This document shows, one piece after another, positions 29,240-43,224 of a stretch of DNA of 64,000 nt; position 1 is the stretch's first letter, and every line of letters begins with the position of its first letter. A model generated the notes under the pieces. It saw only the letters and a program-made list of their open reading frames with translations, was not told the DNA's origin and made no database searches. Source of the stretch: Eledone cirrhosa (taxonomy: Eukaryota); contig OZ024752.1 of NCBI GenBank assembly GCA_964016885.1, forward strand, positions 1,984,001 through 2,048,000, read 5' to 3'. The translations under genes were made by a program, and so were the position numbers.

Positions 29240-30729
29240 CCGTTGCATTTATCTTGCTTTATGTTCATACGAGTTATCACCAAGTCACAACAAGTGACCT
29301 CAAGAGACAACAAGGCCCGCCATGTTCAAGAAATAACATACATACACACACGTGCATCTTTAGGTGTTTAGACTTGTGATGTATTATATGATCAATGGTC
29401 TCTGGTTGTTTTTTACATACACGGCATAATGGGTTGCATCCATTTTTATTATGTTGGCTCGGTAATTTTTTGTTGGCAGACACTGATCTTGTGCTGATAT
29501 AATTAGTCCTTCAGTCTCCGATTTCAGTCCAGAGGATGCCAACCACATCAGGATTGTTAGCTATTTCTGGGTATTTTCCATACAGAGGCTTTTCTTTCCA
29601 TTTCATGTAGCAGTTCTTTCTTTGCAGTTACTTTTGCCTGCCTTGCTTTTTTCTGTTTTTCATTTCAGCAGTAAATGGAACTTCTGAAATTTGTAGTTTA
29701 TTACTGTATCTTCGTGCATCATTTGTAATGGAGTATGATCTGTTGATGCTTTCGTGTTTCAAAACGAGTTTGATCATCCAATCATGTGATTCCCTTAGAT
29801 AGTAGATAATCCAATTGTTGCAGTTTTCAACGCAATATCTAACTGGATTAACCCACGTCCTCATTCTTTCCTAGGGAGATATATTCTATCTGTATCTGCC
29901 TTAGGGTGATGCATTCTGTGCATGGTTAAGAATTTTCTAATTTTTGTATCGAGCCTACTGATCTCTGTGCTTGACCAGTTGATGACATTGTAACTGTAGG
30001 TTACTACTGGTATGGCAAGCGTGTTTATGGCATCGATCCCATTCTTTGCGTTCAATTCCGTTTTTAAGTTTGCTCATAGTCTGCGGTAACATTCCTTCTT
30101 ATCCTTTCCCTCATTGTCGAGTGCTTGAATCCGTCTCCTTCACAAACACCTAGATATTTGTAAGTTTCCTCTTGATCAAATTCTCTTATCACATTCCCCC
30201 GATCAAGATTAATGTTTGAACTGTTCAGCTGCTTTCCTCTGGTGAACGTTGCTGTGGTGCATTTATCTAGTCCAAACTCCATTTTAATGTCATCACCGAA
30301 CTGCTTCACAGTGGATAATAGCCCTTGCAATTGTTCATCATGTTTTGCAAATAGTTCCAGGTCATACATGTAGAACAAGTGATTAATGCTTTTGTCATAG
30401 ACTTTATATCCATGTTTTATTTCATTGAGCCTTTTACTTAATGGTATAAGTGCGATGCAGAATAAAAGCAGTGATAAAGAGTCACCCTGAAAAATTCCAC
30501 AATTAATATTAACTTCTCCAGCTTCCAGTGATTTTTTTTTCTCTATTTAAAAGGAGTGTCGTTTTCTTTGTCTCCATACTGAATGGCAGGAACCTCCTGA
30601 CAATCGGAGATATTTTGAAAATCTCTAAACATATATCAATCCAACTGTGTGGCAAACTATTGAATGCTTTTTTGTAAGCTATCCAAGCAATTGATAGATT
30701 GTTGTGTCTATTATGACAATCTTCCAACA
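29240..30729 (-). pseudogene. R4/Dong-like non-LTR retrotransposon B (RT to zinc knuckle; endonuclease deleted)
   Basis: AWIAYKKAFNSLPHSW, GIFQGDSLS, INHLFYMYDLELFAK, YKYLG, AINTLAIPV, HHPKADTDRIYLPRK, CRVCKKQPETIDHII; frameshifts; (AAT)n after the 3' end. Confidence 0.88.
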
Positions 30730-30745
30730 TTATTATTATTATTAT

Positions 30746-32386
30746 TCTTTGAGTCTTGGTCATTGATGTCAGTTAACTGGACAGTTTGTTGAAATGAATA
30801 TCAAGCCACTACCTGCAGCCTCAGATATTCAAGACGTATCGGAGAGTTCTTGCTGTTCCCAGCAAGCATGCCTTTGAAGTGTTCCAAAAAGCGGGGCAGG
30901 GCCAATTTTCTTTTACCATCCCTGGAAACCTTTTAAGATAGTACCGAGTGCGCCTATGACAATCGGGACCACTTTGACTTCATGGCAGTTCCAAATCCTT
31001 TTTACCTCCCACTTTAAGTCCTGGTATCGGTTAATTTTCTCCCTCTCTTTCTTTTGCACTCTCGTGTTTGAATGGGCAGGCCACATCCACAATCAGGCAC
31101 GATCTTTTTTCCTTGTCCAAAACGAGCAGGTCAGGTCTATTGTTCCAGTTTCTTGTCCGTCTGTATCCTAAAATCCCATAGCACCTTCACCTGATCGTTT
31201 TCTAACACCGACTCTAGCTTATACTCATAGCACTTCTCAGAATGTGGTAAATTGTTTACTTTGCACAGGTGCCAGTGGATCAACCTGTCCATCACATCAT
31301 GTCTCCAGCCTTTATAGTGAGTCTGGGCTAGGAGTTTACACTCGGATACAATGTGAGCCACAGTCTCCTCTCTCTCTCTCCACAGATCATGCACAGTGGG
31401 CTAGCCTCCTCCTTATAAATATGGTGTTTCAGCCACTTCGTTTTGAGGGCCTGCTCTTGCGCAGCCATTAGCATTCCTTCTGTAGCCTTTTTAAGGTCTC
31501 CTCTTCTCAACCAGTTCCATGTCTGTGGATCTCTGAATTCCGTTTTCTCAAATAAGGTACTATGAAGGGATTTTTCATGAAGGTTGCTCTTTCTCCTCGT
31601 TGTTATATCCTCCTTGGACATCCCCTGGTCTATTGTCCTCTCCATCAGTACAATTCTAAGTATTGGCTCCTTACTATCGGTCACGTATTTGTGTAGGTTG
31701 TTTTTCTCCATCTGAACACAGTCCTCTATGCTGATAAGACCTCTTCCACATTCAGATCTCCTTAAGTAGAGTCTATCGATATCACTCCTCTTGTGGAGCA
31801 TATTGTAGATAGTCAATAGCTTCCTAGTCTTCCTATACATTTCTTTTTGTTCAGCAACATTCCATCTCAGAATTCCCGCACTATACATAATAATAGACAC
31901 ATCTCTGGAATTTCCTGCACTTATGGCATTCCTACTGTTCAGATGTGACTTTAATACGCTCCTTACTCTCCGAATGTATTCAGATCTTATCAATTCCTTC
32001 ATTGTTTTGTTCTTGATGTCATCAGCCTCCAGAATACCCAAATACTTGTATCCTTCTTCAGTGTCAATTTCCTTTATCATCTCACCTGTTGGTACCTGGA
32101 TTCCGTTGCTTCTGCTCAAGTTACCCCTCGTCTTCACAAGGACTCCACGCTTACTAATACCAAATTGCATACATATATCATTGATGAAAATACGGACAGT
32201 GTCAACAAGCACATCCAACTCCTGCTCACTCTTCCCGAAGAGCTTAAGATCGTCCATGAAGAGGAGGTGATTGATGGTAAGCTCTCCCTTTCCCAACTTG
32301 TATCCTGCTCTCACTTTTCGCAGTATAATGGTCAGGGGCATCAGGGCAAGGACAAACAACAGAGGGGACAGACTATCTCCCTGGAA

Positions 32387-32387
<1 letters not shown>
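30746..32387 (-). pseudogene. R4/Dong-like non-LTR retrotransposon A, 5'-truncated (RT C-half, CCHC, RLE endonuclease, 3'UTR)
   Basis: GDSLSPLLFVL, INHLLFMDDLKLF, YKYLG, DRLYLRRSECGRGL, AAQEQAL, ETVAHIVSEC...RHD, LWDFRIQTD, PDL, VVPIVIGALG; (TAA)n on both sides. Confidence 0.92.
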
Positions 32388-32440
<53 letters not shown>

Positions 32441-32640
32441 GGGCGGTGGATTGGCAGTATCGGTAGAGGGTCGGATGCCATGCTTTGCAGCAAAGAGTTA
32501 CGGCCCTTTATGGTCTGAGTTCAAATCCCGCCGATGTTAACTTTGCCTTTCATCCTTACGGGGTCGATAAAATAAAGGACCAGTAATACACTGGGATAAT
32601 TGCTGGCCTTGTGCCAAAAGCAGAAACAATTTTTATTATT
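32441..32640 (+). mobile_element. tRNA-derived SINE
   Basis: Full consensus with A box tggcagtatcggt and B box gttcaaatcc. Confidence 0.93.
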
Positions 32641-33271
32641 AAGACCACAGTGGCAGAAAAAAAATTACTATCACCAACAACAGAACCAATGGAGAGCATG
32701 CCCCTTCTCGATATTGCTAAATAGGACAAGGAGTGCGATGAGGCCGATGGATGGAAAACCGTCCCAGCAAAAAAAAAAAGGAAAACTCCCTACCTTCGCC
32801 CATCAAAAAAAAAAGATGAAGAAAGAAACCCAACAAAGAAAGTGAAAACGATCCCACATCCTCCACCACCATCAACAGCCACATCAACACAACCACCTAC
32901 ACCATCACCACCACCAACACCACCACCCCCACCATTATCATCTACCCCATCGCCACCTCCAACAACACCACACTAACATCACAGAAACACACTACGTACA
33001 GACCAACATAATTGCCCCCACCCCCCAACATAAAATAATAGAAATTACGCCAAAAGATTACATGAAATTAAAGAAAATGTTCCCCACATCAATTGGAGAC
33101 AACTGAGGGAACATCAGTAAAAGAATATTCACAGACATGCTCGTGGTGAAACTCGCCACTGGTTGGAGGGATGGATCACCCACCCTCTTCCTAAAAAAGA
33201 GCCACAGGTAAACTTTTTTTTTTTTTTTTTACTTTTCCCCTCTCACTTGATTTCCTCCTATCCTAACCAAC

Positions 33272-34580
33272 ATGGCTTCTCACAGGATACGTAGCATAAA
33301 TGCACGTGGCCTGGGGTCGTCTTGGAAGCAACGCCACCTGCTCAACGATCTCACGTCGCTAAACATAGATATGATGGCTATGAGCGAGACAAGAATCTCC
33401 GGGGCACGGGCATTCACACCCATCTCCAAGCCGTCCCTATTCTGAGGGAGTGGTGTGTGTTCCGGAGATGTCTGGATCTCGCCGTCTTCTTGGACCCAGT
33501 AGGTAAGTTGATGGTGCTGGACGTGACCAGCGGAGAAGGGCAAGCTTTCAGGTTAGTGGCCCACTATGCACCAACAGGAGCAAGGCGGCCTGACTCCTTC
33601 CCGTATCTGGAGAACTTTCTTGGAGGTCCCGCTCTTTAGTGTTAGTGGGCGACTGGAACGGGATCTTAGATGCACACCGGGATTAGCGGATAGGGTAGGA
33701 GTGTGTAAAAGCCTTGCAAACATGCTCAGACGTTTTCAACTGTCTGACAGGTGGCGTTTGGTTTTCCCGAATGTGCCAATGTGGACTTGGACAAACTGTA
33801 TCGAGTCATCCAGGTAATATCCTGATAGGGTATTTTGTAGCGAAATGTATAGGTCTAGCATAGGCTGACCACAACTTCATGATTTGTGTGGTTGACTTAG
33901 ATAGGCTTCATAGACAGGGACCCGGCTACTGGAAGCTAAACGCGTCGGTAACAGCGCGTTAAGCTTATAGAGACCGGATTAGCGAATTAGTTAAGCGGGC
34001 ATTGATGGGGGCCATCGTCAACAACAAATGGTGTTTTGCCCAGAAAAGAGCGATTAAATAGGTTTAGTAAGGCGTTAGCAATAGAGAAAAATAGAGCAGA
34101 GAGAGAACTAGTTAGCAAATTAGACGAAGCGCATAGTAAAGGCATCAGGACCGACGTGCTTGCAGCGAAAATGGCCCTCGACGAATCTTTCAACGCAAAG
34201 CACGAAGGCTGCATTGTCAGAGCTAGGGCACGTGCTCTCAGACACGAGGGGACGAAAGCCGTTCAATGGGCCCAGCTCTGTGAATGGAGGAGCTGTGGCG
34301 CTGTTGAGAAAGGATCCGAACAAGGAGGATAACATAGATAATTTGAGGCCCATAACTCTGCTAAACCAGAGTTCAAGATGTTTGCCAAGGTGCTAGCAAA
34401 GCGCCATTCCAGAGAGATCTATCCAAAACAACCTCCACCTCTTGCGATACATCATGGAGAGGATAGTTAGGGAACCTGGCACAGATGGGTACTTGATCAA
34501 TTTAGATCAGTCGAAAGCTTTCGATGGGGTCAACCATCGTTACCTGGCGGCAGTCCTAAGGGCGGATCTCTGCCATGCAC
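33272..34580 (+). pseudogene. Tx1/L1-like LINE ORF2 copy 1 (APE endonuclease, RT with internal deletions)
   Basis: SINARGL, MSET, HYAPT, GDWN, DRWR, GPGYWKLNAS, LRPITLLN, LDQSKAFDGVNHRYL. Confidence 0.88.
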
Positions 34581-37044
34581 GGCCGGATTTTTAGACGCCT
34601 GGAAACATTCTACGTACGTCTTGCTGTTTACTGTTAGCGGGAGACTGGAACGGCATCTTAGACGCACGCTGGGACTATGTGGGTGTAACCGAACTGGACA
34701 AATAGTTTAGTGACATTACATAGGTTTCAAATTAGATTAGTGGTAAAGGATAGTATAGGGTGTCCACAATTACATACGGTCGCCTATTCGGATCACAAGT
34801 CTGTGACCTGTATGGTCGACCGAGATAAATCGCGTAGATAAGGAGCTGGTTACTGGAAGCTGAACATGTCGTTTCCGGCATGTAAGGCTTACAGGGACCG
34901 GGTCATCATTTAATTAAGAAAGAGTTGACAGGGAGAGACGTTAACAATAAATATCGGGGGGGGGGGGGCTCTCAAAAGAGAGATTAGAGAAATGTCAATA
35001 AGGTTTAGTAAAGAAGTAGCGTTATAGAAAATAGGTGGAGCTGGTAGATAAGTTAGACGAGGCTATTTGCTGTTGCATTGCAACTGGCCTTCTAGCGGTG
35101 AGAATGACATTACATCATTTCTTCAATGCGAAACACGAAGGTTGCATTGTCAGAGCTAAGGCGCGTGCTCTGAGAAACGAGGGAACGAAAGCTGTTCGAT
35201 AGGCCCGCGTGGGAGAGGCACAGCGTGGTAACTAAACCACAATTCGGTCTTTGACGAGCGAGACGGACATGAGCTGAGCGATACCAAGCGTATGTGTGAG
35301 GCCCTTCACCAACATTTTGCTCGGCTGTTCGAGGGAAGTGACGGTTCAGAGGCGGTGGCAGAGTTCAGTCCCTACCTCGATGGCTTGCCGCAACTCTTGA
35401 TAGCCGACCCTGAGCGCTGCGAAAGGCCGATTACTTTAGCCGAAATTCAGGATGACCATCTCGGCTGCACGAGGCGCAAGTCACCCGATTTGGATGGTCT
35501 TCCCTACGAGCTTTACGTAAATATGCCAGACTTGTTCTCCGAACTCCGCGAAACACTCTACTGCAATTGGCAGCAGAACGGGCGTATTCCCAGTTCTGTG
35601 AGCCGGGGCGTAGTGATGTTGATAAGGTAAGACGAGAACAAGAGGGACACATTAAACACTTTTTGGCCCATAACTTTTTTCAACATAGAGTTTAAGATTT
35701 TGGCTAAGGTTTTAGCGAAGAGGTTGGCGCTCGTTGTGGATGATTTTGTTGAAGGGGCGTCGACTTGCGCAATCCTGACCAGGTCCATACACGGCAACAT
35801 CCACTTGATGAGATACATCATGAATAGGCTAGTGTGTAAAACAGGCTTCGGTGGGGCTCTGATCAATTTAAATCAATCGAAAGCATTCGATAGTGTCGAC
35901 CTTCGGTACCTGAGGCTGTCCTCAAGCAGCTGACTTCGGCCCTGCCTTCAGAAGTTAGATCGCTGTAATGCACAGCGGCATCTGCTCGGTGCTCAAGTTA
36001 ATGGCCACCTCACTTAACCGTTTCAGATCTCACGATCCCTCCGTCAAGGGTGCCATCTCTCCACCCTTCTGTACGTATTGACTCTTGAACATTTACTGTG
36101 GAAGCTGGAGCTGTTGCGGGGACGCGGAAAGGCTGTGTCGGCTTATGCGGACGACATCACCGTGATAGCGTCAGACACATCGGAAACTGAGGGAGTCAGC
36201 AACTTATTGGAGGGATATGAAATGTTGACGGGAGCAAAACTTAACCAGGTAAAGTCAGTGGGCTTTCAACTCGGCACCTGCAGAGGCAATCTATGCCAGT
36301 GTAGTTGGGAGCAGGAGGGACCAGACCTCCGGGTGGATAAAAATTGGGTCGAGGTGACGAGCAGGGTAGCCAGTCTCACTCAGAAATGGGCTGCGAGGAA
36401 GCTATCACTGAAAGCTCGTGTGAAGGTGGCGAACGGGTACATTGAGTCCGTCATCTACTACCACCTGACCTTCGTCCCTTGCCCCCGTTCGCGCCTCGGC
36501 AACTTGGAACGGCTCATCTTCAAATTCTTGTGGAGGAGACAGGTTCCGTTGGTGAGGCGGTCCATCTGCTGCCAGCACCCTGTACGTGAAAGGCTGGGCA
36601 TGCCGTGGCTAATGAGGGGCAGACATGCGCTGAGGCTGCGGCATCTCCAGATATTTTACCTAAACGGTGAACAGCTGGGGTCGCCGTTTGTCAGACGGGC
36701 CTTTCCGCAGCTCGTCTCTCAAGAAGAGACCGAGACTGGGTGACCGGCATCTGAAATGTTACCAGGCACTCACTTCCCTCTATCATGTGGTCAATGGGGT
36801 CAGGAGAACTTCCAATATCGAGTTCTGTAGAGGATTAGTGGTGAGAAGTGCGACGACGCACTTGGAGAGGTGCTGGGCGTCGACGAAGTCGAATAAACAA
36901 GTCTGTTCCGTAAGACTTTCGAGCCGGGGAGGATGGATAATTTTCAAAATTCCTTAGCTTGGCAGTGCCACCGGGGGGCACTGCCAGTTTGCGATAAACC
37001 CTACAGGAACGGAAGTGCTGTCATCAGACGGACCTGTCCGATAC

Positions 37045-37045
<1 letters not shown>
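34580..37045 (+). pseudogene. Tx1/L1-like LINE ORF2 copy 2 (partial APE, RT, C-terminal region)
   Basis: Second GDWN, SDH, GYWKLN; KSPDLDGLPYELY, AKVLAKRL, QSKAFDSVD, RQGC, SAYADDITV; many stops and frameshifts. Confidence 0.9.
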
Positions 37046-37080
<35 letters not shown>

Positions 37081-37206
37081 TTATGTTTCTGAGTGGTGTC
37101 GGAGGTCACAGCAGTTATAATGTTACCCAATACGTAGGTAGGGTATATACGTAGTATATACATACATTACTTCTACAGGAGGAGAACTCTCTCATTCGTG
37201 GGAAAC

Positions 37207-37251
37207 GTACCTGATGATTTCATACGATTGAAGGAAAGGGGGACTTCGTAC
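37207..37251 (+). ncRNA. Type I hammerhead ribozyme
   Basis: gtac-CTGATGA-t-ttca-tacgat-tgaa-g-GAAA-gggggac-TTC-gtac; 4-bp stem I; 3-bp stem III with a GGGA loop. Confidence 0.65.
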
Positions 37252-38415
37252 ACGGCCCCATTTCCATGGCCCTCAACGGCAAATACTAGTACCATAGATT
37301 ATGATGACGTATCTAGGAAGCGTTCGTAATAATTGTACAACTCATTTTCCTATAGTGACACATATACCATGGTATATAGTCAAGGAAAAAATTGAATTTG
37401 AAGAGAACATCTACCTTGTGTTGTTATATAATGAGAACCCTATTCAAGTCGCTTAACACATTCTTTAGTTCAATCTTATTAAAGTTTCTTCTGACATAGG
37501 TACAGTAATATGACAATGAAGTGCTGGATATAATTAATTTGAATTTTCTCACAAACCTTTAATATATTAAACAGTGTTGTGTATATCCCACACAATCATT
37601 AATTGGAGGGGATACCTTGACTGGCAAAGGAAAAGGAGTGAAACGCCAGCACACGTACGTTATCCTTTGGACACAGATTATCGAACAGCTGCATATCTTC
37701 TAATATATTGAATGTTAGAGTCATGATATCTGACTGGGATATGGTGGTCGGAACGTTTAGCATCAACTCAAAATGTACAGAAGGGTGGGGTGGACAGCTA
37801 TCTGCATAGGATGCAAGTGTAGAAAATCTGTAATATTTTGATAGTTTTAATTTCCATATATCAGAATGTATTGCAATATAGAGTATCCAGTAGTAAAATA
37901 AATTCTACAGGCAAAGAAGATGAAAATAAAAATAAAAACAAGTGTCAAAAAACAAAGGAAATTAAACATCGTAAAGGAAGAAAATAGGTAAAGAATGGTG
38001 CTATATACCTTGTGTGCACGTTGTTAAAGTTGCGCCCCACGGACACATTGGCACACTGTGATACCATAGAGAGTAGCAAGTGACACGTTCCTCTACAGCT
38101 GCTTCACCTTATGGGGCTCCTTATTCGTACAAAAATGCTTGAGGACTCTCTGGTGACCGGTATGAACATAATTCGGTAACCATGGCATATAACCATGTAC
38201 AATATGTTCGTGTTGTCGGTTGTCATGTTCAGAAACTGATTTATTTTCCAACTGAATAACAAAGCAACTATCAATATCTCATTTATTTGATATTATAATG
38301 TGGGATATGTTACCATTTAAAAATAGATCAAATGTGAAGTTACATTAAAATAATCCAGTGCAATTATATTATAAGAACCGTTGGAAAATGGTGCAGGCAC
38401 TATATACTATATCAA

Positions 38416-38602
38416 ATAATTGTTTCTACTTTTGGCACAAGCCAGCAATTAACCAGTGCATTACTGGTACTTTATATTATCGACCCCGTAAGGATGAAAG
38501 GCAAACTTAACTTGGGCGTGATTTGAACTCTGAATGGCTAGGGCCGTAACTCTATGCGTCAAAGCATGGCGTCCGACGCTCTACCGACACTGTCAATCCA
38601 CC
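38416..38602 (-). mobile_element. tRNA-derived SINE
   Basis: Full consensus on the minus strand. Confidence 0.9.
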
Positions 38603-39696
38603 ACGAAACAAAGATGATAATAAAAGTTTGAACAGTTTTAAAATATATGAAGTTATTGAAACATTATTGAGAAAGAGTTACCTGTACTATAACAATTATC
38701 CGATAACATTTGAATATATTCTAAGGTATATTGTGTCAGAGAATCCTATGAATATATTCATGTGTGCAATATGTAAATGTAATAAATTTCGCATCGCTCT
38801 AATATATGATAACAATTAGGGACCAATTCCAAATTTAAGTACAAGATGTTAATGACATTTAAAATTGAGCCTCTAAAAAAAAGATATTTTAGTTTTGGCA
38901 ATCTAAGGCATTGCCATCAAATAAAGATATGGCATATTTCGTTTTTACTGCATAAATATAATCTTTATTTTCCGCAACATCAATTTATTTTTGTTTTGCT
39001 TTTTTTGCTCCCGGTAAATTTTCCATATATCGCATTATTACAATTCATACATTTTTTTCCATTTATATTTCGAAAAGATTATTTATTTTCTATGCAATTT
39101 TGTTTTGAAATACGTGAAATGCTTTTATATTATGTTTATTTTCATGCGTTTACAAGATGCTGTGCTCTTCTATTCCTTATATTTTTCATATTATGAGGAT
39201 CTCCATTTGTTATCAGATTTCATTTCAGTATTATATACTATTGTTTATGCGGTATCTCTATCTTTAACAATGATATTTAGCGATATTCCATAACCAGAGT
39301 CATAGGCAAGCATCAGTAATCTCAATCATATATACCTCTCGTATATTTTTCTAGACTTTTGAATATTACTTCTTTATTGGCAAAAAACGTTTCCCCCCTG
39401 TGAAATCATTATATATTTGGTTTTCGTTAATATCGGCAATCAGACACAGACAGCAAGCTATGTCTTTCCCAACTAGTTCGATTAGAGCCAAATCCTTTTT
39501 TGTGTAGCAATTTCTGGAACTAATCAAAATTCTATTTCATTATTTATGACTAGCCAACAACGTACTTTCGATAACTTTTCCTTAAAACACCCTCATGAGA
39601 GCAAGCAGAACTATAGAAAAAATAACACATTGAAGATGTAGTTGACAGGGGTACATATATATGTATATATATATATTTATATATATATATATATTG

Positions 39697-39761
<65 letters not shown>

Positions 39762-39785
39762 TATATATATATTTATATTTATATT

Positions 39786-39820
<35 letters not shown>

Positions 39821-39860
39821 ATATATATAAATATTTATAATATATATATATATATTTATA

Positions 39861-39894
<34 letters not shown>

Positions 39895-39903
39895 TTATAT
39901 ATT

Positions 39904-39956
<53 letters not shown>

Positions 39957-39998
39957 ACGATATTAAATAAATGGAAACTATATTTATAAAACCATATT

Positions 39999-40063
39999 TA
40001 TTTCATTATATATATTTCAGGGATACCAAATTAAAATATGGTATGCCTTCATCAGACAAAATA
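39999..40063 (-). ncRNA. Type I hammerhead ribozyme in the inverted pseudo-LTR of PLE-1
   Basis: tattttgt-CTGATGA-aggcatacca...tggtatccct-GAAA-tatata-TA-atgaaata; 8-bp stem I with 2 GU pairs; palindromic stem III. Confidence 0.8.
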
Positions 40064-40369
40064 CAATATATAAACAGTTTTATAAATAATTTTGACGTAC
40101 CCTATTAGATGCAACCATTATTTTTGGAAGCTGTATGGATAGTGAGATGTTTATAATTATTTTATTAGTTATAGTGTTAAGCACAGTTAGAAAAAGACGG
40201 AGAGAAAGAAAAAAACGGAGAGAGTGAAGGAGAGAGTGAAAAAGAAAACCTGGAGAAATACCGGAGAGAGAGAGGAGTGTATGCAAAAAAGAAAGATATA
40301 AATAGATAGGAGGAAATGAAAAAGAAAGAAAAAAGGAAGAAATAAGAAAAACAAAAGGTAACGGACCTT

Positions 40370-41592
40370 GTGGGCCTATTTATAATTAATTCGCTACATA
40401 GAAAAATACCAGGGGTAACCGGAGGATTATATCGTGATGACATGCTTTTACTTATTGAAAATAATAGCTGTGAACTAAATAGAAAAAGAAAACAAATTAT
40501 ACAATTTTTTAATTACCTTAATCTAAAAATAGAAACAGAGAATAACAATAGAATAGTCAATTTTCTGCATGTAACACTAAATCTCAACACATGTCTGCAT
40601 TATCCATTTCACAAACTAAATGAGAACTTGAATTATGTCAATTTTAACTCTAATCACCCCAGATCTGTTAAAAATACTATAGTGAACTATGTTCAAGAAC
40701 GAATTTCAAGAATTTCATCTAATAAAAATATTTTTGATGAAAAAGCGCAGTATTACAATGAAGCGTTAGCTAGAGCAGGATATAGAGCTAAAATTAAATA
40801 CATCGATAATAATAATAAGCAAACTAACGAAAATAATAACAATTTTAATTACGGTAACAACTTTAACAACTATAATAGAAAACATTACAATAATTCCAAA
40901 AGCCGAAAAAGAAATAGAACTAGAAATATATTATGATTTGCCCCCCCTCCTTCTCACTAAATATTAAAACCCATATTGCTAAACTATTCTTTAATGCTCT
41001 TGACAAACGCTTCCCTAGAACACATAAATATCACTCAATTTTTAATAGACACACTATAAAATTAACTTACTCGTCCACCAAAAATTTAGTACAAAATATT
41101 AACAGAATTAATAATAGGAATTTAAAACCTAACCAAAATACGAATAATAACCCAAACAATATTCAATTAAATAACTGTAACTGTAGAAATAAATCTAACT
41201 GTCCGTTAAATAACAACTGCTTAGTGTACAATTGTAATGTTAAAACTAATTTAAATTCTTTCAACTATGTTGGTTCCACCTCGACAGAATTTAAACTTCG
41301 CTTCAATAATCATAAGAATTCTTTCACAGATCCAAACAAAAAATCCTCAACTTCGCTATCTAGCCTACTCTGGCACCTTAAACGAGATAATGTTAAATAT
41401 TCGATGATTTGGAATATTGTCTCAAAAGGTACTCCTTTTAATTCCTCTTCAGAGAGTTGTGATCTTTGTATAGAAGAAATATTCTTTATATTAAAGTCCA
41501 AAAATTCCCTTAATTTAAGGAGCAATTTATTCAGTTGCTGCAGGCATAGATTGAACTCAACGTTTAAATATAAATATAAATTTAAAATGTAG
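40370..41592 (+). pseudogene. PLE-1 RT C-terminus and GIY-YIG endonuclease (possibly Hydra clade), disrupted at about 40935
   Basis: GLYRDD, VNFLHVTLNL, SNHP, IFNRHTIKLTYS, CNCRNKSNCPL..C, VY...YVGST..FKLRFNNH, CDLCIEE, LNLRS...CRH. Confidence 0.9.
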
Positions 41593-43138
41593 TATAATTA
41601 ATTAAGAAATTTAGTTAATATATGAAACCTGACGATAAATCATTAGATTCCTTCACCTTTTTCTTTTTAAACTTTCTTCCTAAATATAAACAAGGATATA
41701 ATAAACTTCTCTAAAATGTATATGCTCCCAATGTATTAAATAAAATTTACGTAAGATAAATTTCTATACTAACTATAAGGGCATCCGTAGAATCACTGGG
41801 TCTTCTAAATCTTTTAAATTATTTTTAATTTTTTATTTGTTTTTGACTCCGATAGTTTCATATGTCTACCCTTGCAATATCTTGTTTGAGATATAGGTAG
41901 GATAGATTTCTATAATAAATATATAAAACATATTATTTTAACTTGAGATACTCTATAGTGTTTTAAAGATATTTAATGCTTTGATATTTCTATATTAATA
42001 TATTGATATTTGATTATCTCTATACAAAGGCCATATATGTGTATTAACATGCATATAAAAGGTTTATAGGGTTTATTTATGTGTTCGTATATATGTCTGT
42101 ATAAATGCATAACGATGCTGGAAAACTCACGCAGATATTTATTTATACATATGTATGTGTATGTATGGTTGTGTGTGTATATGTTGATCTGTATTGCAGA
42201 TATGCACAATATTAAATACATGAATGGTAATCATATATATGAGGACATGAATATTAATCGTATGTTTATGTATATATACTGTGAATTTTTTATAACACAA
42301 GAAATGTATAGAAGTAATCAAGTGAAACCATTTGTGTGTCTATATTATTGACTGGAGTAGACATAATTTCTCTTTTTTCAGGACGTACATATGCGTGTAT
42401 ATATATATATACATATGTGTATCCGTATTTTTATAAAGAGGGTATTTTTTGAAGGTTTTAACTCAGATTTTGGTATATTGACCTCAAGGTTTTAAACTAA
42501 ACATATGGTCATTATTGAAAAATGTTATTTTCTCATATTATATATCTATGTCCCATTCATGAATATTGATATTTACATTTTTATTATTCATTTCATATGA
42601 ATTGTTAACTCAACTTAATATGACATGACGTAAAGTTGTCACTATATCCTCCTCTCTCTATATAGTATTTCCTCTCTCTTGAGTTTCTCTATCTGTATGA
42701 TGAATTAATATCTCTCTGTTGCTTTCTTTTGTTTTTCTTATTTCTTCCTTTTTTCTTTCTTTTTCATTTCTTCAATATGTATAATGAAATAAATATGGTT
42801 TTATAAATATAGTTTCCATTTATTTAATATCGTATATCTACTCCAAAAACTTGTCGAGTGCTTTATATCAGTTATAAAATATTTACTTGTTGTATCCCAA
42901 CAATTTTAAATAGAACTTTTGCATATATATATATATTAGAGATACAAATCTGTCGTTATATTTAGTTACTAAAAATCTTTTTTTAGTGGCGAGCTATAGA
43001 CGGCGAGTCTACGATTTCCCGCCTTCACTATACACCAATGTATTTACGGGTCACTTTCACGACCTTTTAGACCTGTATTAGTTGCAGTGAGGTCATATAT
43101 TTTGTCGTTCCTGGGGTTTTTAACCCTAGGACAGGAAA

Positions 43139-43224
43139 ATGCTTCTCTGATGATCGTTGCTTTTCCATTAATATCCTGGTGATATTTAATGTTTTGCAGC
43201 GTGAAACTGTACAGTTAGGGGCAT
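43139..43224 (+). ncRNA. Type I hammerhead ribozyme with long stem II
   Basis: atgcttct-CTGATGA-t-cgttgc...cattaatatc/gatatttaatg...gcagcg-t-GAAAC-tgtaca-GTT-aggggcat; 8-bp stem I; palindromic ACTGTACAGT. Confidence 0.82.

Larger units (their letters stand above)
39957..42925 (+). mobile_element. Penelope-like element PLE-1, 5'-truncated, with inverted 5' pseudo-LTR (39957-40357) and deleted 3' pseudo-LTR (about 42715-42925)
   Basis: Sequence at about 40310-40357 and 39957-40012 is the reverse complement of 42725-42835. RT and GIY-YIG ORFs lie between. Confidence 0.8.

Noticed and set aside
32441-32535. tRNA gene (A and B boxes)
   Set aside because: It is the head of a multi-copy SINE, with no closed cloverleaf and a shared downstream body.
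40930-40945. In-frame TGA in PLE-1 as selenocysteine
   Set aside because: The TGA falls where Trp is expected (WF.PP motif) and is accompanied by a frameshift, so it is ordinary decay.
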